Assembly (NCBI GenBank): GCA_951406725.2 | Contig: OX597819.1 | Coordinates: forward strand, 44,640,001-44,704,000 | Length of the DNA stretch: 64,000 nt | Reading direction: 5' to 3' | DNA from: Octopus vulgaris | Lineage: Eukaryota | Shown: in pieces, positions 52,959 through 64,000 of the stretch | How positions within the stretch are numbered: the first letter of the stretch is position 1 | Layout of the letters: the number at the start of each line of letters is the position of its first letter | Translations under genes and position numbers: made by a program | The notes under the pieces: model-generated | Told to the model about the DNA's origin: nothing | What the model saw: the letters and a program-made list of their open reading frames with translations, nothing else | Database searches by the model: none

Positions 52959-54260
52959 TTACATAGAGAGTATTTTGCGTAGGATATGAGCAGTTCCCAT
53001 GAGCACTATCTTTTGAACTTCTGCCATTTTTGGGTTTCCTGGTATCTGAGTTAGGTAGCTATCAGCCCCTTTTGCTATCATTCCCAGGGCACCTATGACA
53101 ACAGGTATTGTTTTAGTCTTCAGCTTCCACATTTTGCTGATTTCTATTTCAAGATCTTTATATTTGCTCAGTTTTTGGTAGGTCTTGACAGATACGTTTA
53201 TATCGATTGGGACAGTCATATCAATGAGGAGGCATGTTCTTTGTTTGAAGTTTTTCAATATGATGTCTGGCCTATTTGCATCTATCTTCCTGTCAGTTTG
53301 AATGGTGAAGTTCCAGAGGAGTGAGATGTGGTCATTTTCAAGCACTGGGGGTGGTTTGTGTTCCCACCAGTTTTTTTCATGGGGCAAATCCAGGTTTTTA
53401 CAGATTACCCAGTGAATATATTGTGCAGCTCTATCGTGCCTGTTGAGATACTCTGTAGGCGCTAGAAGACTGCACTTGGAGACCACATGGTCAATGGTTT
53501 CATTTTGTTGCTTGCATACACGACACGTTGGACTGCTTCTGATCTTTAATATGTTGGCCTGGTAGTTTCTTGTTGGTAGGCATTGATCTTGAGCTGCTAT
53601 GATAAACCCCTCTGTTTCAGATTTTAAGCCAGAGGCCATTAGCCATTGATGGGTCAGGGCTTTGTCGATATCTGCATTATTCGCTCTCTTTGGGTATTTG
53701 CCATAGAGAGGTTTTTCTTGCCATTTATTATTCAGAATATCTAAGGCCGCAGTTTTGGCACGGGTTTTCATGCGCCTAGCTTTTTCTGTGCTTGTTTCTT
53801 GTATATCTATCTCTAATTCCGAAATTGGTTGTATTCGGAATTCACTTAGATATTCCTTTGCCTGTTTTGTGACTGAGTATGATGCTTTCTTGTTTTCATG
53901 TTTTGAGACAAGTTTTAGCATCCAGTCCTCAGAGTTTTTCAGGTAGGTGTCTAGGCCAATTGTAGCAATCTTCATTGTTATTGCCAGTTGCAAAAGACCA
54001 CGGCCTCCCTCTTTTCTTGGCAGATAGAGTCGTTCTGTATCTGCCTTAGGGTGGTGCATTCTATGCATTGTCAACAGTTTCCTTATTTTTCTGTCGAGCT
54101 GACATATTTCAGTAATTGACCAGTTAACAATATTGAAACTGTAAGTCACGACTGGTATAGCTAATGCATTGATTGCTTCGATCCTGTTTCTTGCATTCAG
54201 CTCTGTCTTGAGTATTGCTCTCACTCTTCGATAGCATTCTCTCCTGATCCTTTCCTTCAT
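52959..54260 (-). CDS. Dong B thumb, CCHC knuckle and restriction-like endonuclease
   Basis: RLYLPRKEGGRGL, CRVC..ETIDHVVSKC, RHD, RPDI..D, KLSKYKDL; no stops over 433 aa. Confidence 0.93.
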   Translation of the reverse strand: MKERIRRECYRRVRAILKTELNARNRIEAINALAIPVVTYSFNIVNWSITEICQLDRKIRKLLTMHRMHHPKADTERLYLPRKEGGRGLLQLAITMKIATIGLDTYLKNSEDWMLKLVSKHENKKASYSVTKQAKEYLSEFRIQPISELEIDIQETSTEKARRMKTRAKTAALDILNNKWQEKPLYGKYPKRANNADIDKALTHQWLMASGLKSETEGFIIAAQDQCLPTRNYQANILKIRSSPTCRVCKQQNETIDHVVSKCSLLAPTEYLNRHDRAAQYIHWVICKNLDLPHEKNWWEHKPPPVLENDHISLLWNFTIQTDRKIDANRPDIILKNFKQRTCLLIDMTVPIDINVSVKTYQKLSKYKDLEIEISKMWKLKTKTIPVVIGALGMIAKGADSYLTQIPGNPKMAEVQKIVLMGTAHILRKILSM

Positions 54261-54271
54261 CTCTGAATGCC

Positions 54272-55585
54272 TTATTCCGTTCCTTCAATTATCCCTAGGT
54301 ACTTGTAGCTCTCCGCTGGGTCTAGTTCTTTTATGACATTCTGTTGGTCAAGGTTAACGTTAGATGTTTCTGTCATTTTTCCTTTGATAAAGGTAGCCTT
54401 TGCACATTTATCGAGGCCGAATTGCATTCTGATGTCGTCACTGAATTGTTTGACTATCGCTAGTAAGCCCTTGAGTTGTTGATCATTTTTTGCAAAAAGC
54501 TTTAAATCATCCATGTAAACGAGATGATTTATATTTTTATCAAACATTTTATACCCGTACTGCGCGTCATTGAGCAGCTTTGAGAGAGGTATTAAGGATA
54601 AACAAAAGAGGAGTGGTGACAGTGAGTCACCCTGGAAAATGCCACACGAAATTTTTACATCACCAGCATTTAGGGATTCACTGTCACTGTTCAGAGTTAG
54701 TGTGGTTCTCCATGATCTCATACTTACAGTCAAGAAGTTTCGCAGAGTTGGTGCTATCTTATACATTTCAAGGCATTTCCTAATCCAGCTATGTGGTAGG
54801 CTATCAAAAGCCTTTTTATAGTCTATCCAGGCTATTGATAAGTTTTTGTGTCGTTTGTGACAATCTTCTAAGATCATCTTATTGATGAGTAGTTGGTCTT
54901 TACAGCCGTAGGATCCACGTTTACATCCTTTCTGTTCATTAGGGAATATGCTGCTGTCTGTTAAAAAACTATAGGTATATTCCGTCAGGACAGATGTTAG
55001 TGTTTTGTACATAGTTGTTAAGCAAGTTATGGGTCTATAGTTTTTTGGTTCATTTGTTTCTTCACTTTTTGGAAGCAGGAATGTTAACCCATTAACTAGC
55101 CAAGGAGGCATCCTACTAGGGTGTTGCAAAACATCATTGTACAGTTCTGTTAGCAGTTCATGGCTCTCTGGGAAGGCATTCAGCCAGAAGTTAGGAATTT
55201 TATCCTTTCCTGGAGACTTCCATTTGCTTGACCTCCTGAGAGCAGATCTTATATCTTCTACCTTGACACCCTCCCACTTTTGCTCTTCTAAGGGGTCCAG
55301 TTCTGTAGATATTCTGTCAATCCAGGGGGCCTTTTCGTTGTGTGTTTTTTCTTCTGCCCAGATTTTATTCCAAAATCTCTGCACTTCTTCTTTTGATGGT
55401 ACAGACCCTGCAGTAAACGCTGTTTTTCCCATCTTCCTGTAAAAATTCTTGGTGTTATTTTTGAACATGTTGTTGTCCTTGAAAAATCTAACACGCTTTT
55501 CATACCTCGCTATGCGGGCAGCTTTGGCAGATACCTTTTGTTTGATGGTTTCTATGGTGGCATCAATATCAAGTATAGTTTTCAT
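54272..55585 (-). CDS. Dong B reverse transcriptase domain (partial, frameshifted at its 3' end)
   Basis: YRPITCL, DYKKAFDSLPH, GIFQGDSLSPLLF, YMDDLKLF, YKYLG; a 1-bp deletion near 54279 breaks GTGIRHSEMKER. Confidence 0.93.
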   Translation of the reverse strand: MKTILDIDATIETIKQKVSAKAARIARYEKRVRFFKDNNMFKNNTKNFYRKMGKTAFTAGSVPSKEEVQRFWNKIWAEEKTHNEKAPWIDRISTELDPLEEQKWEGVKVEDIRSALRRSSKWKSPGKDKIPNFWLNAFPESHELLTELYNDVLQHPSRMPPWLVNGLTFLLPKSEETNEPKNYRPITCLTTMYKTLTSVLTEYTYSFLTDSSIFPNEQKGCKRGSYGCKDQLLINKMILEDCHKRHKNLSIAWIDYKKAFDSLPHSWIRKCLEMYKIAPTLRNFLTVSMRSWRTTLTLNSDSESLNAGDVKISCGIFQGDSLSPLLFCLSLIPLSKLLNDAQYGYKMFDKNINHLVYMDDLKLFAKNDQQLKGLLAIVKQFSDDIRMQFGLDKCAKATFIKGKMTETSNVNLDQQNVIKELDPAESYKYLGIIEGTE

Positions 55586-55684
55586 ATTGTATTTTTTCAG
55601 TAATTTTTGGGTTTTTTTGTAGGTTTGGTAATCTTGTGAGCCTTAAGGTTTTTCAAATATTCAATGTCAGATCTAAATATTTTA

Positions 55685-56854
<1,170 letters not shown>

Positions 56855-56862
56855 CATCATCA

Positions 56863-57188
<326 letters not shown>

Positions 57189-57207
57189 TTATTATTATTA
57201 TTATTAC

Positions 57208-57255
<48 letters not shown>

Positions 57256-57256
<1 letters not shown>

Positions 57257-57432
57257 TTAATGTCTTTGCAGAACTTGTAACGCTGGAGATGTACTATGGT
57301 GTCAGTTGTTCACTACAAGTGAACTAAGGTAACACCCATTATATTTGTAGCACTATCCGGAGCATTCGAGTGGTTCCAAGCAGTGCTGTTTCCTCATGTA
57401 CTCCACTCTTATTGCAGCCTCTATTTGTTCCA
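57256..57432 (-). mobile_element. R4/Dong family E-like 3' end
   Basis: MEQIEAAIRVEY/ETALLGTTRMLRIVL*, then a short UTR into (TAA)n. Confidence 0.65.
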
Positions 57433-57449
57433 TTACTACTGCTACTGCT

Positions 57450-57665
<216 letters not shown>

Positions 57666-57667
57666 TG

Positions 57668-58005
57668 GCTACTCTAAGCACAAAGTCTTGAAATTTTTTG
57701 TCGAAAAAGGGACTAGTCGATTACATCAACCTCAGTGTTTTACTGGTACTTAATTCATCGACTCCGAAAGGATGAAAGGCAAAGTTGACCTGGTCCGAAT
57801 CCAAACTCAGAACGTAAAGACGAGCAAACCATTAGTAATAAACCTTTTTGCTATAGACCCAAAACCTGAAGTGTTGGGAAAAGGGATAATGTCGATTACA
57901 TCGATCCCAATACTCAACTAGTACTTAATTTATTCACGCACAAAATGATAAAAGGCAAAGTCGACCTCGGCAGAATTTGAACTCAGAACATAATGAAAGA
58001 CGAAA
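57668..58005 (-). mobile_element. Two partial SINE family B copies
   Basis: Two occurrences of aaaggcaaagt.gacct.g..gaat...aactcagaac. Confidence 0.75.
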
Positions 58006-58007
58006 TA

Positions 58008-58077
<70 letters not shown>

Positions 58078-59018
58078 CAACAACAACAACAACAATAACA
58101 ACAACAACAATAACAACAACAACAATAACAACAACAACAACAACAACGACAACAATAATGATAATAACAATAATAATAATAACAACAACAGTAAATAATA
58201 ATAATAACAATAACAATAATAATAATAATAAGAGTAAGAAGAGGGAGAAGAAGAAGGAGAACAACAACAACAACAACAACCAGAAAAAGAAGACGGGTGA
58301 GGAAAAAATAAGAAGGACAGGTAAATAAGGATAGGTAAACCGAGTAGATGTAGAAGTGGAAAGGAAGAAGGGACGAAAGGAAAAGAAAACGATTATCGAA
58401 AGAAGACAAAGAAGAAGATAATAATGATGATGATGATGATGATAAGGGAGCTGAGAATGAAAAAGTAGAAGACAGGGAAGAAAAGAAAATAGAAAAAGAT
58501 TAAGAAAAGTCGACAAAGAAAGAGGTGGAGATGAAAAAAGGGGAAGGAGGAAAAAGAATAAGAAAAAGAATAAACAATAGAAGAAAGAAATTAAATAGTT
58601 TCAGAACAAAATGAATGAAGACAATAAAAAAAAACTATGCAAAAATGAAAAAAATATAAGCTATGTGTAATAAAACAACAGGAAGCTGTAACCCTAATTT
58701 GAAGAAGCAAATAAATTGGGGAGCAAAAATAAGGGCTAGGATGGTGAGGGCATGGGCAATATTGCACAGCGATGCTAGTTATCAATCTAGCTCACCATGG
58801 AGCTTATACTTTCCCTGTTGGACCCTCAGGGCATGCATAATTGAAACTGAATTTTCCACGCCCTATATCCTTCACCTATACACACATACATACATATCAG
58901 CACGCACACTCTTTCGCGCGCGAACACACGCACACACTCACGCGCACAATCATACATCTTTACATGAACAGTCAAACGCACAATCACGCACACATGCACA
59001 TATGTGTATGCCTGCGCG

Positions 59019-59058
<40 letters not shown>

Positions 59059-59143
59059 TATATACGTGTATATATATGCATGTACATATATATGTACGTA
59101 CACACACATACACATACTTGCACACGCTCGCACAGACACACAC

Positions 59144-59177
<34 letters not shown>

Positions 59178-59290
59178 TACATTTATTATTGTGTCTTTGT
59201 AAACAATAAGAATTTTGAACTAAACAGACAAAAATTAGTTTAGAACAAAAACAGATTTTCATAAGTGAAAAAAGAAAGGGAGAGAGAGAG

Positions 59291-59322
<32 letters not shown>

Positions 59323-59724
59323 GGGGGTATGAGAGAGAGGAAAGGAAGAAGGAGACAAAGACAGAAAGAAAGATAAAAAAATGTTGAAGAGATACAAAAA
59401 AAAAACCTAGTCTTTAAAAAATATATCCAATACTTCTTCGTAAAGTAGAAGAAATCAGTGTGAACAATAATAAAATATAATTGTAAGAATATGAAAATCA
59501 ATAGACACATCGACGTTACATTACTACAGTATAATTTAAAGTATATGAAATGTTACATTCAAATTTAGGAACATTTAAAAGTTTTCCTTCTTCGTTTCGT
59601 TGTTGTTTCTTCCGTTTTTCTTATTGTCTTCTTGTTGGGTATTCACTACTTTGAGAGTTTAGTTTCTTCTTCGTAGACACACAAACACGCGCGCACAAGA
59701 TTTATATGTTTATATTCATTTATT

Positions 59725-60109
59725 CTTTTATTCTGTTACTTGTTTCAGTCATTTGACTGCGGCCATACCGGAGCACCGCCTTAAAGGAGTTTCAGTTGCA
59801 GATATCGAACCCAGAACTTTTTCTTTTGCCGAACAGCTAGGTTACGGTGATGTAAGCACACCAGCATCGGTTGTCAAGCGATGGTAGGGGGAAAAATACA
59901 GGCACAAAGACATACACACACACACAAATACACACAAATCCCTACACACACGTATATACGAAGGATTTCTTTCAGTTTTTATCTACCAAATCTACTCACA
60001 AGGCTTCAGTCAGCTCGAAGGTATAGCAGAAGACACTCGCCCAAGGTGCGAAGCGATGGAACTGAACCCAGAACCATGTTATTTGGAAGCTAGCTTCTTA
60101 CCGCACAGC

Positions 60110-60112
<3 letters not shown>
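59725..60112 (-). mobile_element. SINE family A
   Basis: Reverse-complement match to 2377-2775. Confidence 0.85.
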
Positions 60113-60200
<88 letters not shown>

Positions 60201-61084
60201 CAGGGTATTCAAAAAATTTGGTATTATTTGAGATGTAAATATCACAGAAACTACATAGTGAAAGCAAATGAAACTAAACAGGCTTAATGTTGAGCAACAT
60301 AAGATTTATTCCTCCAAAATTGAATGAGAAATTCAAAGGTATGTGGATTCGATGAACGATTTCGCAAATGCTCAATATGTGCACCGCCTGAGACACGGCA
60401 CACGTCAAAACAGTAGTCCAGCTCCTCCCAAACACGATGCAGCATGTCTTGCGTGACAGTCTCCAGTGCCGTAGTGATTCTCTGCCCGAGTTCCTCTAGG
60501 TTTGCATGAAGAGTGGGGATATAGACTAGACACTTCACATATCCCCATGTTTGTGCTTTCGTTTGTCATCTGCCGTTATGGCCTGAACCACCTGCAGCTT
60601 GTAGGGATTCAGTAGCAAGCGTTTCTTCAGGACGCGCCAAACTGTCGTTGGAGAATTCTGGGTTTCCAGACTTGTTCTTATGGACATCTTGGTGCTTCGC
60701 AAGAATTTTTGGTGAACCCACTCGACTGTCTCTTTCTATGTTAGTGGTCGTTCAAATCCTTTTGCCCTGCACAGACAGCCTTACTCTTTGAATTTTTTGT
60801 GCTATATCCAAATCTGCAAAGACGTTGGTTACTTTTAGAGAACTATCTCACAAATGCACGCTGCACAGTCTTGTTCGACTGTGTTCGAGCATACTCCAGC
60901 ACACAAAACGCCTTTTCTCTTCCAGTGAATGCCACTTCTATATCTGAAAACAAAAACATATCAAACATTAAACATAAAATTTTGACCCGTTTCTACACGT
61001 GCTGTTAAAATTTGAAGTCATTTGAACAAGAACTGGCAAAGTTATTAGATAGCGAAATGATATCAAAGTTTTTGAAACAGCCTG
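60201..61084 (-). mobile_element. Internally deleted Tc1/mariner element, rosa/DD41D-like termini
   Basis: Imperfect TIRs cagggtattcaaaaaatttggtattattt / aaatgatatcaaagtttttgaaacagcctg; N-terminus EKAFCVLEYARTQSNKTVQRAF and C-terminus L.RVWEEL.Y..DVCR...GAHIEHL; catalytic core deleted. Confidence 0.85.
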
Positions 61085-61145
61085 CATATGCGCGCGCGCG
61101 CGCGTGTGTGTGTGTGAGTATGTATATATATATATATATGCATAC

Positions 61146-61177
<32 letters not shown>

Positions 61178-61186
61178 ATGTATATA

Positions 61187-61575
61187 TTCTTTATTTTTTT
61201 ATACTTTTGTATGTGTCCGGCCAAACACTGTGACCATGCTGGAGCACCGCCGGTGTCACCACTTTTTCACTGGCCACTCTTATGCGATTGGCTTTTGGTA
61301 AAGGAAGGAGTCCGACACAGGTGTCCTCTTTCGAGTTTCTTGCAGTGATTTAGTTTCATGTGGGACCTTGGACAGCAGGAGATCAAATTGTTTCTTGAAA
61401 CCATCTACCCTTACTTCCAGAAGACCGTTCAGATATTTTTCTGAGGCATTAAATAGCTGTGGCCCTTAAATCCTAAGCTACTGCAGTACATGATCCTCAA
61501 TCTAGACGGGATAACTGGGTCCGTTGCAATAGTGTAGTGACATCCAGTTCAAGAATTAGAATAGCTCTTGATGCT
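61187..61575 (-). mobile_element. CR1-like LINE 3' fragment including its 3' tail
   Basis: YCSSLGFK/PQLFNA..VDGFKKQFDLLLSKVPHE..SDSFLYQ; stop at 61280-61282; tail homologous to SINE A. Confidence 0.75.
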
Positions 61576-61591
61576 ATGTATTTGTATGCGA

Positions 61592-61673
<82 letters not shown>

Positions 61674-62159
61674 ATAAGTGTGTGTGTAGGTATCTATATG
61701 TGAAACAGATCCCCATATGTACAGTAAGCAGCGAGAATAAAAACAATGATCCGCATATTTGTTCGAAATACTTTCTATGCAGATTTGAACATGATTATGC
61801 TAACCACTGATGAATTTCGTCACAGGAGAACAACTCCTTTACGAAGAGTATGTTTTCATACACGCACTCGAATTATGATCACAAATGATTCTGGGTGATC
61901 CGGCATTTCGGCATCATTATCTCTCGTCAGCCAGAATCCCTTCTGTTTTATAACGATAGCGACCGTAGCCGATAGCAAATAGTCAATATTTGTTCCGACA
62001 TGTGTATATGTCTCTTCGGGTGGTGGGGCTAAAATCAGCCAGAAGATTAACGTCCTGGGCGAAGACATTGACAAATGTCAATTATTGATCATACTTGGGC
62101 CCAGAATAATAGTTTACTGAAAAATCACTGGTATTTGGTCCTGTCTACTTTAGTACCAC

Positions 62160-62222
<63 letters not shown>

Positions 62223-62536
62223 AACACACAAACACACACACACATATCATCGACTACTCACATGGATTTCGCTTGTTCACTGGTTGGCTGCTATATAGCA
62301 TTTTGGGGACGACTCCCTCATAGCATTCTTTGCTAAGACATCTGAAAATCATAGTCAGATGAGACAACTCGCCTCCAGACCCATTCAAGAGCGATAAATA
62401 TCGTTATTTCGGTGGTTTATAGACATCACATAACTCGAACCGGAGGCGAGCAGAATTGCAAGTCTGCGACTACATATAGAAATAGTGTAAGAACCGTTTA
62501 CTGGTACGCCATGACGGTGCAGCGGGTTTCCTTGTA

Positions 62537-62570
62537 ATGCTTCTTCTTGTTCTTGCTCTTCTGTTTGCTT

Positions 62571-62611
<41 letters not shown>

Positions 62612-62755
62612 CTTCTTCTTCTTCTTCTTCTTCTTCTTCTTCTTCTTCTTCTTCTTCTGCAACTCCCTTTTTTTTTCCTTACACTAGTTATAATCTTTAT
62701 CTTCCTCACAATCCCCTTCCATTATTCCTCCTCATTTTCCTCGTCTTCCTAATAC

Positions 62756-62806
<51 letters not shown>

Positions 62807-62853
62807 CATCATCATCATCATCATCATCATCAATCATCATCATCACCATCATC

Positions 62854-62905
<52 letters not shown>

Positions 62906-63174
62906 CTATTATTATAATTATTATTACTTTGCTTCCTCTAAGTTTTCTTTATTCTACCATTTTCTTCATTTAAAATCATCTCACATTTTGTATTCGCGAT
63001 TATTTCGGTTAGAGTTGTTGTTGTTGTTGCTGTTGTTGTTGTTGTTGTTGTTGTTCTTCTTCTTGTTCTTCTTGTTCTTCTTCTTCTTCTTCTTCTTCTT
63101 CTTCTTCTTCTTCTTCTTCTTCTTCTTCTTCTCCTCCTTCTTCTTCTTCGTCTTCTTTTTATCACTATCATTAA

Positions 63175-63242
<68 letters not shown>

Positions 63243-63270
63243 TATGGTCGTCGTCGATGTTGTTGTTAGT
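62537..63270. repeat. Compound trinucleotide low-complexity region (GTT/CTT/TTA/CAT)
   Basis: Read directly. Confidence 0.95.
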
Positions 63271-63871
63271 ATTATTATTTCACATTTCCTTTTGTAGCTG
63301 AGAATCTGATTTAAAATCTTATTTCCTTAAAAAAAATCCACATTTTATGTTTGTTTTTAGAAAAGTTTATTCATTCTTCTCAGTGTCGTCCGTCCCCATG
63401 TATTGGTGCTCGTTTGTGAAAGTGTGTGTGTATGTGTATGTATGTAAGTATGTGTGTATGTGTTTATGTATGCATGTATGTATGTATGTATGTATGTATG
63501 TATGTATGTATGTATGTATGTATGTATGTATGTATGTATGTATGTATGTATGTATGTATGTATGTATGTATGTATGTATGTATGTATGTATGTATGTATG
63601 TATGTATGCATGCATGTATGTGCGTGTGTGTTTAAAGCCTGTGTGTGTGTTAAGCAAGTGATAATTATTCGAAAGAAAATGAAGTAAAAAAAACAAAGTA
63701 TGATTTTTTCTTCGACAATAATTATAGTAATTAAGTAAATTTAAATACCAAGTCACAAAAATATGAAGAGAAAAAAAAGTGAAATAAAGGCAAGTGTTAG
63801 ATTATAATTATGGTAGCTGTTATTATCTTTATAATAATAATAATAATAATATTAATAATAATAATAATAAA

Positions 63872-63951
<80 letters not shown>

Positions 63952-63976
63952 GTAGTAGTAATAATAAAATTGTTAT

Positions 63977-64000
63977 AGGCACATGAGTGGCTGTGTGGTA
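63977..64000 (+). mobile_element. Start of a SINE family A copy, cut by the window edge
   Basis: aggcacatgagtggctgtgtggta versus aggcgcaggagtggctgtgtggta at 2377. Confidence 0.7.

Noticed and set aside
58660-58870. Unique island between low-complexity tracts, start of a 179-aa ORF
   Set aside because: The ORF runs into (CA)n/(TA)n and shows no recognisable domain or splice support.
61850-62535. GC-richer unique stretch, possibly an old retroelement
   Set aside because: No diagnostic motif that I could read in any frame.

Overview
AT-rich, microsatellite-saturated animal DNA with no host protein-coding gene I can support; almost all ORF-track entries are translated (TA)n/(CA)n/(TAA)n/(TATC)n. 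The repeat families look like octopus (coleoid cephalopod) DNA; this is an inference, not a search result. The window is essentially a transposon community sorted by microsatellite. (TAA)n tracts hold at least five lineages of R4/Dong-type RLE non-LTR retrotransposons, including a young 3-kb copy at 52.7-55.7 kb, plus a ~555-bp non-tRNA element. (TA)n tracts hold Tc1/mariner elements, tRNA-derived SINEs, a Helitron-like element and short Penelope-like remnants. RTE, Tx1/L1, CR1, piggyBac and a CMC/Chapaev-like fossil are also present. The most notable signals are several hand-folded hammerhead ribozymes inside palindromes or inverted repeats (38.7, 35.6 and 45.2 kb), a CR1 3' end that shares its tail with the commonest SINE, and recurrent Dong junction and frameshift signatures. 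All family names come from motif recognition, and all folds and alignments were done by eye.
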